Positions 7,061 to 16,732 of a stretch of 64,000 nt of DNA are shown piece after piece. Position 1 is the first letter of the stretch; each line of letters begins with the position of its first letter. The position numbers were made by a program, and so were the translations under genes. The DNA is from Bacteroidales bacterium (GTDB lineage: Bacteria; Bacteroidota; Bacteroidia; Bacteroidales; CAIWKO01). The notes under the pieces were generated by a model that was given only the letters and a program-made list of their open reading frames with translations, made no database searches and had not been told where the DNA came from. The DNA lies in the NCBI GenBank assembly GCA_035389045.1, contig DAOORA010000008.1:1-64000 (forward strand), given 5' to 3'.

Positions 7061-9856
7061 TCATTTAGTATGATACGTTCTCAGGCAGAATCCGCAGCCG
7101 TCATAACCGGCATTAAGGCCATCCTGAAGTTTTTCAAAATGCACCTTATGTTTATGGCTCATCCTGTCAACCCACTGGCAGCGGCAATCATGCAACTCAC
7201 CGGTGTTCCAGTTTCCGATATAATAATTCCCTGCTTCGGCCACACTGCGGTAAACAGGCATTTCAGGATCCCCGAAGACATGCGTGTTAAAACAGTACCA
7301 TATCCGGTAAATCCTTTCCAGACCGGTTATTCCCTGCAACAGATCAAGCCGCGAGTCATTCAGTTCGCCCAGGTGCCGGGTTGACAGCAGTCTTATAAAG
7401 AATTCTTCACGGTACAAACTCCCAAGCCCGATCCAACTGAAGCGAGTATTGCCGATGTAGGCCACCGCACCCCCATCAGTTTTATTGGTGGCGACTTCTG
7501 CAACGCAATCACCGGCATCCATCTGGCCGGTAAGACATGAATCGGCATAGAGTATGAAGGTTTCACTGCCATTGGTCAGGCTGTTCACCAGGGCAGGAGA
7601 AAAATAGGCACATCCGCCCGAGTTGCCATGTCCGGTCAGGCTGACAAAATGAGGTCCGCGGTTGAGAGCATCCTTCAGGTTGGCCTCCGTCAGGTGTCTG
7701 AGCCAGGTTTCACTTACTTCTGCAGGAATCATATCCGCCTCATCAGTATAAAGCCTTTCGATAGTAGTGATCCCGGGGTAATACTGTTGAATCTTATCCC
7801 TTAATGATTCCTGTTCGGTGATGGAGCTGTCAAGCCCCGACCGGTCAATGGCATAGTACATCGGATTCAGCACACTGGTATTCCCGTTCCACACCACAAT
7901 ATAAGGAGTGGGAACCGGACATTCAAAATGAATCCAAAAAAAATCCCATGTCCAGACACTTGGGGTCAGGTCGTTGAAGTTTTTGGCATAGTACCATCCG
8001 GGGTTGTTGTGTTTTGCATCTGATCTGTAATTCAGCCTGAGATAATAGTGATCGTCGAAGAAGCATATCAGCTGGTCTCCGACATCCGGAGGCAGGATGT
8101 CGCAACGTAACAGCGAGTATTCTCCCGAAGGGGTATATTGTTTATTCGCAGGAGGAACAGCATTGGTGGTATCGTGCGGAATACGGACAAAAGGACTCCA
8201 TGTGGCCGCTGCAAATAACATCGCCCTGAATCGGTCATAGTCCGAATCAGGACGCGGTAAGGCTCCCCAGTTTTCATATTCCTTTACTTTTTTTACAAAA
8301 GCCTCCGCTTCAGTCACCGATTCCACCGAAGCTCTTCCGATTGTTACATCAGCGTGAAATTCTACATGGTCAAAAATCGTTGTTTCGTTGTGTTGTCCGT
8401 AAAGTCCATTGTTCAGATGATCCCAGTCGTGCTTGCCGGCCACCGAATACCCTGATCCGTAAAGACTTGCATAATAGAGGTCGGTAGGGATCATATTCAT
8501 ATTGGTGTACCAGACCATTTTTGCATTCGCTGTAGCGGCAGGACCATTTACCCTCACCCACTCCGTAACTGTGGCGCTCCGCGTTGCAAAAGTCTTGCTG
8601 GTGGTATGATACCAACCGGGAGTTGTCGCATTAGAGCTGCCAGCGCTGTCGTAAGGGATCACGGCTCCGGTATCATAATTGGAAAGTATGTGCGTGATTT
8701 GTCCAAAGTCACCGGTATCGATATGCATACCAAGGAAGGTTCCTTTCCATTCGGATTTATTCTTTTCATCCAGGTTACCGGATTCGATTCTTCCCCAGGC
8801 CGAGCATGCGGCCTGCCGGACCGGGATGATGCTTACGTCGCCGCCCAGAAGCACAAATTCGACACCGCGGGACATGCAGAACCACTTGAGGAAATTTCGT
8901 ATCACTTCCTGAAGGTCTCTTGCGCCGGTTTTGAAATCTCCATATTGGCCATTGACAATGTTTTTCACTTGTGCCACATAGGTACGCAACCCCCGTGATT
9001 TTTTCCAGTTGGCCAGTTTTTGAAATTCGGCTGTAATATTTCCTGCCGTAGCCGTGGTTTGAATAGTAACAGCATCCCATTTATTATCATCTGTAATGAT
9101 AAGGTAATCACACTGATCGGGAGGCACAATTCCTTTAATTATGGTTTTTTCTTTTTTCCCGACAATTTTCAGTTCTGCTTTTTTAAGCATGTCGAGGTTT
9201 TTACGCAACACTTTCTCAACAGGCAGTTTGTTCATAACCATATCACTCAGGTACAGGTGTTGCCTGAGTAACTTTCTGGGGGTAGTGCGCTGCAGAACTT
9301 CTTTTGCTTTATTTGCTGTTGTCGCTGAAGGAGCTGATTCCACCGTAACCATAACCTCCTCAACCAGTTCCAGCAAGCCTTCTTTTGTCAGGCAGACAGG
9401 CCAGACATCAATCAGCACGACCGGTACAAGTCCTGTCATCTCCTCGCCGGCAAACCGGCAAACTTTATTTCTGAGTTTGAAAGCCTCCAGGTACTTGTCT
9501 TTGTGTGGCATCATGAAGGCGCGTTTGAAGTTTTTATGTGGCAGGTCGGCAGCAGGTCCTATAGCAGGTTTCTGAATGCAGGCGACCGGTTCTGGTAAGT
9601 GATTGAGCAGGACCGATGAAACAATTTTAGTTTGCAATTTTTTAAATGTATGACCCTGGGGAAGAGCTACACGCATGATTTTGTGAGGCAAGGCGGGCGC
9701 ACCGGGTTCACCTCCGGTCCAGTAATCTTTCATACTTATCCGGATACCAAAGGGCGTCGGTGTGAGTATAACATCCCCCCTGTTGAAATGCAGGTTCTGA
9801 ACATGGCTCGTATTGCCTGAATTTGATTTGCCACCCGTGTTAATTTTCTTTTTCAT
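7061..9856 (-). CDS. C25 (gingipain-like, clan CD) cysteine peptidase with propeptide and C-terminal Ada-type metal-binding-like domain
   Basis: GEPGAPALP propeptide motif; FVLLGGD, PTDLYY, IGRAS; catalytic GHGN and DSC; GGAVAYIGNTR, FGDPEM; tail YIGN..ELHDCRC..GYDGCGFC. Confidence 0.85.
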   Translation of the reverse strand: MKKKINTGGKSNSGNTSHVQNLHFNRGDVILTPTPFGIRISMKDYWTGGEPGAPALPHKIMRVALPQGHTFKKLQTKIVSSVLLNHLPEPVACIQKPAIGPAADLPHKNFKRAFMMPHKDKYLEAFKLRNKVCRFAGEEMTGLVPVVLIDVWPVCLTKEGLLELVEEVMVTVESAPSATTANKAKEVLQRTTPRKLLRQHLYLSDMVMNKLPVEKVLRKNLDMLKKAELKIVGKKEKTIIKGIVPPDQCDYLIITDDNKWDAVTIQTTATAGNITAEFQKLANWKKSRGLRTYVAQVKNIVNGQYGDFKTGARDLQEVIRNFLKWFCMSRGVEFVLLGGDVSIIPVRQAACSAWGRIESGNLDEKNKSEWKGTFLGMHIDTGDFGQITHILSNYDTGAVIPYDSAGSSNATTPGWYHTTSKTFATRSATVTEWVRVNGPAATANAKMVWYTNMNMIPTDLYYASLYGSGYSVAGKHDWDHLNNGLYGQHNETTIFDHVEFHADVTIGRASVESVTEAEAFVKKVKEYENWGALPRPDSDYDRFRAMLFAAATWSPFVRIPHDTTNAVPPANKQYTPSGEYSLLRCDILPPDVGDQLICFFDDHYYLRLNYRSDAKHNNPGWYYAKNFNDLTPSVWTWDFFWIHFECPVPTPYIVVWNGNTSVLNPMYYAIDRSGLDSSITEQESLRDKIQQYYPGITTIERLYTDEADMIPAEVSETWLRHLTEANLKDALNRGPHFVSLTGHGNSGGCAYFSPALVNSLTNGSETFILYADSCLTGQMDAGDCVAEVATNKTDGGAVAYIGNTRFSWIGLGSLYREEFFIRLLSTRHLGELNDSRLDLLQGITGLERIYRIWYCFNTHVFGDPEMPVYRSVAEAGNYYIGNWNTGELHDCRCQWVDRMSHKHKVHFEKLQDGLNAGYDGCGFCLRTYHTK

Positions 9857-10177
9857 AATATGGGGTTTACATAAAACATAAAATCATTTTATCAAAGATA
9901 ACTATTTCAGGATCAAATTGCAATAGCGCTTTAAAAATACTTACCAAGCCTCATCACTTTAAAACTCCAGGAGATGGAATAAAAGATTTTCTCACAAAAG
10001 GGGATTGAGGCCATGTGACAGAAGCATTATTAAAAACGGACACGAAGTGGTTATTGTTAATTGGCTAAAAAGGCTGTATTTACAGCAGAATAATATTGGT
10101 TAATAAATTGATTATCAGAATGTTAATTGAATAAAATATCATATCTTGTTGGCCAACAACCAATTAACCAAAATAAG

Positions 10178-10943
10178 ATGCAAAATTATTCAGCCAACGT
10201 TACCGATAATCGGTGGCAAGTTATAGAAACTTTATTTAATGACAAAAGAAAACGAAAACATTCAAATAGAGAAATTTTTAATTCATTGCTCTACATTACA
10301 AAAACTGGCATTCAATGGCGTTTATTACCAAAGGATTTTCCCAAATGGCAATTGGTGTATTATTATTTCCGGTAATGGACAGCAGAAGGATTAATTGAAG
10401 AAATACATGATTGTTTATGTGAAAAAATTAGAGTTCAACATGGAAAAGAAAAAAGTCCAAGTATGAGTTTGTAAGATAGTCAAAGCGTTAAAACACATTC
10501 AATGACAACAGAAAAAGGATATGAAGGTAATAAAAAAATACAAGGCAGGAAACGACATGTTGTCACTGATACATTAGGTTTAATTATGGCTGTAGTAATT
10601 CAAAATGCTAATGTTCAAGACAGTAGTGGCGCAAAAGGAGTGATTGAGGAGCTAAGATACAAATATCCTCGTTGGGTAAAAAATTTTAGCAGACCAAGGA
10701 TATCCTGGGGATTTGGGAGAGTGGGTACTTCGTTTTTTTGGCTGGACATTAGAAATTGTTTCTAAAGTTGTTGGTTTATCAGGGTTTAATGTTTTGCCAA
10801 AAAGGTGGATTGTTGAGAGAACATTCGTTTGGCTCGGTTTTCAAAGAAGACTAGTGCGTGATTATGAAGTCTTACCTGAGTGTAGCAGAGGTTTTGTTCA
10901 TATTGCTATGATCAGATTGATGCTTAATAAAATTAATTTTTAA
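10178..10943 (+). pseudogene. IS5-family transposase pseudogene
   Basis: [48 protein letters not shown]; in-frame TAA at 10373 and 10472 and a frameshift near 10680. Confidence 0.9.
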
Positions 10944-11024
10944 TTTTTAAACAACCATTAAGTGGCTCCTTAATAAAAGCAATAACGATATGGCCGGCCT
11001 TTGTTATGCAAATTGTTAGGCAAA

Positions 11025-11062
11025 TAAAAAAAGGGTTAAAACCAAAACGGCTGAAACCCTTG
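11025..11062 (-). terminator. Probable intrinsic terminator after tRNA-Asn
   Basis: AAGGGTT...AACCCTT stem followed by a T-run on the minus strand. Confidence 0.5.
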
Positions 11063-11071
11063 TCTTTTTTG

Positions 11072-11145
11072 CTCCCCAGCCAAGACTTGAACTTGGGACC
11101 CTCTGATTAACAGTCAGATGCTCTAACCAACTGAGCTACTGAGGA
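11072..11145 (-). tRNA. tRNA-Asn(GTT)
   Basis: Minus strand TCCTCAGTAGCTCAGTTGGTTAGAGCATCTGACTGTTAATCAGAGGGTCCCAAGTTCAAGTCTTGGCTGGGGAG; cloverleaf with GTT anticodon; CCA not encoded. Confidence 0.97.
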
Positions 11146-11205
11146 ATTTTTTAAATTGGAGTGCAAAATTAACTATTTTTTCGAAACTGCAAAATATTTT
11201 TTAAA

Positions 11206-12273
11206 TTAAAAATCAGAAATTTTATTTTGCTCAAGAAATCCTTCCGTAAGTCGCGATACAGGATAATTTTTCAGGTCATCAAGATCAATCTTAATCAACT
11301 CTGTACCCCCTATATCTTCAAATATCCTGATGTGTATAAATACAGCATTGATAAGCTGATGGCTCAATTTATGAGCATAAACCGGCGAAATACGAACAAC
11401 CCGGTACTTTCCATTATTTAACAATGCCCTGAATTCACCGGAATCCAATAATTTCCCTGTAGCCAGTTTTTTTTCGGTTTCTATTAACGGAAACTGAAAT
11501 AAATGCTTCCAGATATCATCGGATTTGCGCTTTATTATATATGTGTAAACTTTTCTTTTTGTTTTCAGTACCGGAACGATATAATGAAAATGCCGCACCT
11601 TAATCTTTATTTTCCTTGAAACGACAGGCAGTTCGGAAACCTTTCCCGTTTTAAAAGCTTTGCAGCCGGTTTTAAAAATACACGTACTACATTCCGGATT
11701 CTTTACCCGGCAATGCAGCGCTCCAAACTCCATGATCGCCTGGTTAAAATCTGCACTTCTCTTTTTGTCAAAAACCCCGGCTAATTTTTCAGTAATCAAT
11801 TTCTCTCCGGCTGATGATTTAATATCTCGCGTTATACCGAAATACCGGCTTATCACCCTTTTGACATTTCCGTCCATCACCGGATACGGCAAATTATTGG
11901 CAAAAGACAATATTGCCGAAGCTGTGTATTTTCCAATTCCTTTTATCCCGGTCATTTCATCGTAGGACGATGGAAAAATACCATTATATCCAGTAACGAT
12001 TTCCCTGGCTGCCAGGAGCATATTCCGGGCCCTTGAATAATAGCCAAGCCCCTGCCAGAGTTTCAGCAACTCATCTTCCCTGGCCGAAGCCAGAACGAAA
12101 ATATCGGGAAACCGTTTCAGGAACCTTTCATAATAAGGCTTCCCATATTCAACACGGGTTTGTTGCAGTATGACTTCGGAAACCCAGATTTTATAAGAAT
12201 CCTTTGTGTTCCGCCAGGGCAGATCGCGCTTATTTTTTTTGTACCAGCCTATGATCTTATCCGAAAAACTCAT
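11206..12273 (-). CDS. mutY: A/G-specific adenine glycosylase
   Basis: RDLPWR, WVSEVILQQTRV, WQGLGYYSRARN, HhH motif, FeS cluster CxxxxxxCxxCxxxxxC, NUDIX-like C-terminus. Confidence 0.95.
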   Translation of the reverse strand: MSFSDKIIGWYKKNKRDLPWRNTKDSYKIWVSEVILQQTRVEYGKPYYERFLKRFPDIFVLASAREDELLKLWQGLGYYSRARNMLLAAREIVTGYNGIFPSSYDEMTGIKGIGKYTASAILSFANNLPYPVMDGNVKRVISRYFGITRDIKSSAGEKLITEKLAGVFDKKRSADFNQAIMEFGALHCRVKNPECSTCIFKTGCKAFKTGKVSELPVVSRKIKIKVRHFHYIVPVLKTKRKVYTYIIKRKSDDIWKHLFQFPLIETEKKLATGKLLDSGEFRALLNNGKYRVVRISPVYAHKLSHQLINAVFIHIRIFEDIGGTELIKIDLDDLKNYPVSRLTEGFLEQNKISDF

Positions 12274-12292
12274 AATTATTCAACATCCGGGG

Positions 12293-12300
12293 CAAAAGTA
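12293..12300 (-). promoter_or_regulatory. Bacteroidota -7 promoter box for mutY
   Basis: TACTTTTG (TAnnTTTG) on the minus strand just upstream of the start. Confidence 0.6.
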
Positions 12301-12353
12301 TTGATTAATAGCATAAAAAATTTTTTTAAAAGATAATATTTTTAAAAAAAACG

Positions 12354-12361
12354 TATATTTG
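12354..12361 (+). promoter_or_regulatory. Bacteroidota -7 promoter box for HU
   Basis: TATATTTG followed by CA. Confidence 0.7.
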
Positions 12362-12426
12362 CAGCCCGATTTGAAAATTTACCATTACAATAAAAACAAA
12401 AAATTAACGTATAAATTTATTTAATC

Positions 12427-12711
12427 ATGACAAAAGCAGAAATCGTAACAGAAATTGCAAACAAAACAGGGATTGAAAAATTAACTGTTCAAACATCAGT
12501 CGAATCATTTATGGAAGTTGTTAAAGCCTCCATGTCGAAAGGCGAAAATGTTTATCTCAGAGGCTTTGGAAGTTTTATCGTAAAAAAACGCGCACAAAAA
12601 ACCGGCAGAAATATTTCAAAAAACACAACCATCGTTATTCCTGCTCATAACATACCCGCATTCAAACCGGCAAAGGTTTTCTCAAATGCAGTTAAAAAAG
12701 GTGGAAAATAA
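12427..12711 (+). CDS. hup: HU/IHF-family DNA-binding protein
   Basis: MTKAEIV, VYLRGFGSF, TGRNISKNTTIVIPA, PAFKPAK. Confidence 0.95.
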   Translation: MTKAEIVTEIANKTGIEKLTVQTSVESFMEVVKASMSKGENVYLRGFGSFIVKKRAQKTGRNISKNTTIVIPAHNIPAFKPAKVFSNAVKKGGK

Positions 12712-12729
12712 TTATTAATTAATAAAGAT

Positions 12730-12819
12730 ATGCCAAGCGGAAAAAAAAGAAAAAGACACAAGATGTCGACCCACAAGCGGAAAAAACGACTGAGAAAAAA
12801 CAGGCATAAGAAGAAATAA
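12730..12819 (+). CDS. 29-aa basic protein, 30S ribosomal protein bS22 (AURKAIP1/COX24-like)
   Basis: Hand translation MPSGKKRKRHKMSTHKRKKRLRKNRHKKK*; lies between HU and rne/rng; below the ORF-track cutoff. Confidence 0.85.
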   Translation: MPSGKKRKRHKMSTHKRKKRLRKNRHKKK

Positions 12820-12836
12820 CCAGAATTTATTATGCA

Positions 12837-12878
12837 CTGCCTTAAAATGTCATAATTTTAAGGCAGCTGTTTTTTTTT
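12837..12878 (+). terminator. Intrinsic terminator after HU-bS22
   Basis: CTGCCTTAAAAT / ATTTTAAGGCAG 12-bp stem plus T-tract. Confidence 0.8.
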
Positions 12879-12939
12879 CTCTTACTATCCACTGCAATAT
12901 TTCACTATTTATTATTTGATTTAAAGTATAAAAAATTTA

Positions 12940-14496
12940 TTGACTTTGAACAGGGAACTTATTATAGATTCCGGCCCTTCCGAAGTTCTTATTGCCTTGC
13001 TTGAAAACAAAAAGCTGGTTGAGCTTCACAGGGAAAAAAACAGCAATACTTTTTCTGTCGGAGATATTTATCTGGGCAAAGTCAAAAGAATTGTACAGGG
13101 ACTGAATGCGGCATTCATTGATATCGGGTATGAAAAAGACGCTTTTTTGCATTACCTTGACCTGGGCCCGCAGATCAATTCATTGACCAAATACACAAAA
13201 AGCGCTGTTCAGGGCAAAGCTACCCCCCTGATCAATGCTGAACTGCCTGCTGAAAAAAGCATCGAAAAAACCGGCAAGATATCACAGATCATTGCCGTCA
13301 ACCAGGAGATTCCTGTGCAAATAGCCAAGGAACCCATTTCGAGCAAAGGCCCCCGCATTACGTCCGAAATTGCCATTGCCGGTCGATATCTGGTACTTGT
13401 TCCTTTTTCCGACAGGGTTTCCATTTCGCAGAAAATAAAAAGTAACGAAGACAGGAACCGCCTGAAACGGCTGGTAATGAGCATTAAACCAAAAAACTTC
13501 GGCATTATCATACGGACTGTCGCAGAGAATAAAAAAGTGGCCGAACTTATTGCCGACCTCGAAGACCTGATGAAAAAATGGGATTCTTTAGTGGCGCGGC
13601 TCGAAAATGCCAAAGCTCCGAAAAAAATCCTCAGTGAAATCGACCGTTCATCGGTGATATTACGTGATATCCTGAACGAAACCTTCAACTTTATCCATGT
13701 AAATGACGCTGCCATTTACGATGAACTCAGAAACTATATAAAAACTTTTGCCCCTGAAAAGGCCGACATCGTTAAATTTTACAAAGGTAAAGATCCCGTT
13801 TTTGAACATTTCGGCATCGACAAACAGATTCGAAATGCTTTTGGCAAAAAAGTCTACCTCAAAAACGGAGCCTACCTGATCATTGAACACACCGAAGCCA
13901 TGCACGTGATCGATGTGAACAGCGGACACCGCAGCAATACCGACAACAACCAGGAAGCCAACGCCATGGAGGTCAATATGGATGCTGCCGCAGAAATTGC
14001 CCGTCAACTTCGCCTGCGCGATATGGGAGGTATCATCAGCATTGATTTTATTGATCTGCATGTGGCTGCAAACCGCCGTGCCCTCTACGAAAAAATGAGT
14101 GCGGAAATGGAGGCCGATCATTCCAAGCATACCGTGTTGCCTCCCAGTAAGTTCGGTGTAGTACAGATCACCCGCCAGCGTGTGCGGCCCGAAACTAACG
14201 TAAAGATCCTTGAACAATGCCCTTTTTGCGAAGGTTCCGGTGAAATAAAAGCCAGCATCTCGCTTATAGATGATATTGAAAACCGCATCATCTATCTGCT
14301 TAAAGAACAGAACGAAAGAAAGATCAGCCTCCTGGTGCATCCCTACATGCACGCCTACCTGACCAAAGGATTGTTCTCCAGGCATATAAAATGGTTTTTT
14401 AAATTCGGGCAATGGATAAAACTGGATTATTCCAATAATTACCATTTCTTAGAATACCGTTTTTTCAGCAAAACCGGTGAAGAAATAAAACTCTGA
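12940..14496 (+). CDS. rng: Rne/Rng family ribonuclease
   Basis: GDIYLGKV, AAFIDIG S1 domain, IDVNSG, RQLRLRDMGGII; TTG start at 12940 or 12946. Confidence 0.92.
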   Translation: MTLNRELIIDSGPSEVLIALLENKKLVELHREKNSNTFSVGDIYLGKVKRIVQGLNAAFIDIGYEKDAFLHYLDLGPQINSLTKYTKSAVQGKATPLINAELPAEKSIEKTGKISQIIAVNQEIPVQIAKEPISSKGPRITSEIAIAGRYLVLVPFSDRVSISQKIKSNEDRNRLKRLVMSIKPKNFGIIIRTVAENKKVAELIADLEDLMKKWDSLVARLENAKAPKKILSEIDRSSVILRDILNETFNFIHVNDAAIYDELRNYIKTFAPEKADIVKFYKGKDPVFEHFGIDKQIRNAFGKKVYLKNGAYLIIEHTEAMHVIDVNSGHRSNTDNNQEANAMEVNMDAAAEIARQLRLRDMGGIISIDFIDLHVAANRRALYEKMSAEMEADHSKHTVLPPSKFGVVQITRQRVRPETNVKILEQCPFCEGSGEIKASISLIDDIENRIIYLLKEQNERKISLLVHPYMHAYLTKGLFSRHIKWFFKFGQWIKLDYSNNYHFLEYRFFSKTGEEIKL

Positions 14497-14585
14497 GTTT
14501 TTTCCTTTAATTTCTTTTTTTCTTACTTTTGAGATTGATTTTCAAAAGCTATCTATTTTTATTATTAACCTTAATTTGAATTTAT

Positions 14586-16643
14586 ATGAAAAAAGTTTTT
14601 CTGTTATTATGTATTCCTCTGGCATTAGCCTTTACACAATGCAACAGGGGCGATAAAATAAAAACCACAAAACAAATGGGCTCAATTAATCAAACCGTTA
14701 TCGATTCGACCGTCAACAATCTCATTGCCCAATATGGCGACAAAGAAAAAGAGCGCATCACCAAAGGTGTGACCCAGGCAGCTTCTTTATGGACAAAAAC
14801 AGACGGCACCAACAAAGATTTTCAGGAATTCTGCATGGAAAATTTTGCCGGTGACACGGCCACGCTGAACTCTTTGTTCGACCGTTTACAGACTAACTTT
14901 GAAGTGATTTTCGGAAATTTCAACCGTATCAGTCTTGATCTTAAGCGTCCGCTGCACATCGATGATGGCGAGATGATCCCTGTGGATGACCTCTTCGGGG
15001 CATACGATCCGTTTGCACACCTAAATGACGATTTTTTCAGCAATAAAATTGCATTTATCACGGTATTGAATTTTCCTTTCTATACCCTGAAAGAAAAAGC
15101 TGAGTTGGGTACTAAATGGGACAGGAAACAATGGGCTTATGCCCGTCTGGGCGACATGTATACCTCACGTGTTCCGGCTGAGGTGCTGCAGAATTTCTCC
15201 GATGCCCTTACCAAAGCCGATATGTATATTTCCGAATATAATATATATATGGGAAACCTGGTTGACGATAAAAACAACACCTATTTCCCGAAAGACATGA
15301 AACTCATCAGTCATTGGGGTTTGCGCGACGAACTGAAATCCAATTATCAGGGAGAAAACGGGCTTATAAAGCAAAAAATGATCTATCAGGTCATGTTACG
15401 CATCATTTCGCAGGAAATCCCCGACAGCGCGATCAATAATCCGCGGGTACAATGGAATCCATACTCAAACAAGGTATATAAAGACACTAAGGAGATAACG
15501 GCAAAACCCGAAGATGATAACCGCTACGGTCAAATGCTCGGACTTTTCAATGCCATTCAGGGCATCGACGCTTATAATCCCCAATATCCGACCTATATCC
15601 AGCGGGCTTTTGAGCAGGGCATGGAAATACCACAGCCGGAAGTGGAAAAACTTTTTGTTGATTTTGTTTCTTCACCCGAAGTAAAACTAGTTGCCCAGAG
15701 CATAAGCAAACGCCTCAACCGCAAATTGGAACCTTTTGATATATGGTACGACGGTTTCAAACCAAGAAGCACTATTTCGCAGGAAGAATTAGACGCAAAA
15801 GTTCAGGCCAGATATAAGGATGTTAGCGATTATCAGAACGACCTTTCAAACATCCTGGTAAAATTGCAGTTCACCAAAGAAAAAGCAGATTATATCGCTT
15901 CGAAAATTGTCATTGATCCTGCCCGCGGATCCGGCCATGCCTGGGGCACCATGATGAAAGGCGATGTTTCGCACCTCCGCACCCGCTTCCCGAAAGAAGG
16001 CTGGAATTATAAAGGATACAACATCGCCTGCCACGAGTTCGGCCACAATGTAGAACAGACTTTGTCTATGTATGATGTGGATTATTACTCACTGTCAGGT
16101 GTTCCGAACACAGGATTCACCGAGGCGCTGGCATTTATTTTCCAGAAACGCGACCTCGACCTGCTCGGCATCAAAAACGACGACCCGAATAAAGAATATT
16201 TGCAAACTCTTGATGATTTTTGGGGTTGTTATGAAATTATGGGAGTATCGCTGGTGGATATGAAAACCTGGAAATGGTTATACGATCACCCCAAAGCAAC
16301 AAAAAATGAATTGAAAGAGGCTGTGATAGTCAATGCCAAAGACGTCTGGAACAAATATTACGCTGAAGTTTTTGGTTTTAAAGACTGCCCCATACTCGGT
16401 ATTTATTCACACATGATAGACAATCCGCTGTACCTGTCCAATTATCCCATTGGGCATCTGGTTCAGTTCCAGGTAGAAGAACAAATGAAAGGTAAAAACC
16501 TGGCAGACGAAACGATACGTATGTTTACCTATGGCCGCACCATTCCTGAGGTTTGGATGAAAAATGCCGTCGGCGCCCCTATCTCTATCAAGCCGATGCT
16601 CAATGCGACCAAAGAAGCATTAAAACAAACAGGCATGCCCTGA
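14586..16643 (+). CDS. Lipoprotein with gluzincin (M3/M2-like) metallopeptidase motifs
   Basis: Signal ending AFTQC; ACHEFGH zinc motif, downstream GFTEALAF, YSH..PLYLSNY; TACTTTTG box at 14524. Confidence 0.7.
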   Translation: MKKVFLLLCIPLALAFTQCNRGDKIKTTKQMGSINQTVIDSTVNNLIAQYGDKEKERITKGVTQAASLWTKTDGTNKDFQEFCMENFAGDTATLNSLFDRLQTNFEVIFGNFNRISLDLKRPLHIDDGEMIPVDDLFGAYDPFAHLNDDFFSNKIAFITVLNFPFYTLKEKAELGTKWDRKQWAYARLGDMYTSRVPAEVLQNFSDALTKADMYISEYNIYMGNLVDDKNNTYFPKDMKLISHWGLRDELKSNYQGENGLIKQKMIYQVMLRIISQEIPDSAINNPRVQWNPYSNKVYKDTKEITAKPEDDNRYGQMLGLFNAIQGIDAYNPQYPTYIQRAFEQGMEIPQPEVEKLFVDFVSSPEVKLVAQSISKRLNRKLEPFDIWYDGFKPRSTISQEELDAKVQARYKDVSDYQNDLSNILVKLQFTKEKADYIASKIVIDPARGSGHAWGTMMKGDVSHLRTRFPKEGWNYKGYNIACHEFGHNVEQTLSMYDVDYYSLSGVPNTGFTEALAFIFQKRDLDLLGIKNDDPNKEYLQTLDDFWGCYEIMGVSLVDMKTWKWLYDHPKATKNELKEAVIVNAKDVWNKYYAEVFGFKDCPILGIYSHMIDNPLYLSNYPIGHLVQFQVEEQMKGKNLADETIRMFTYGRTIPEVWMKNAVGAPISIKPMLNATKEALKQTGMP

Positions 16644-16653
16644 TATCGCACCA

Positions 16654-16728
16654 GTGTAAGTCAGAGTGTGACTTAAAGTCACGCTCTGACTAAACGCCAA
16701 GGGCTCGCAGAATTTGTGAGCCTTTTTT
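16654..16728 (+). repeat. REP-like palindrome plus terminator unit, copy 1
   Basis: AGTCAGAGTGTGACTT AAAGTCACGCTCTGACT palindrome then GGCTCGCAGAATTTGTGAGCC-T6; repeated at 17284..17358. Confidence 0.85.
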
Positions 16729-16732
16729 ATTA

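Noticed and set aside
10178..10943. Active IS5 using programmed frameshift or stop readthrough
   Set aside because: Two separate TAA stops plus a frameshift and no clear matching left TIR; TAA is the normal stop throughout this window
11072..11145. Integrative element or prophage attached at tRNA-Asn
   Set aside because: No integrase, no phage genes and no duplicated tRNA 3' end found by eye
13660..14445. 261-aa antisense ORF, and many similar 60-260 aa ORFs opposite real genes (e.g. 47982..48758, 53957..54514)
   Set aside because: They lie fully antisense to well-supported genes and have no recognisable motifs; they are shadow ORFs
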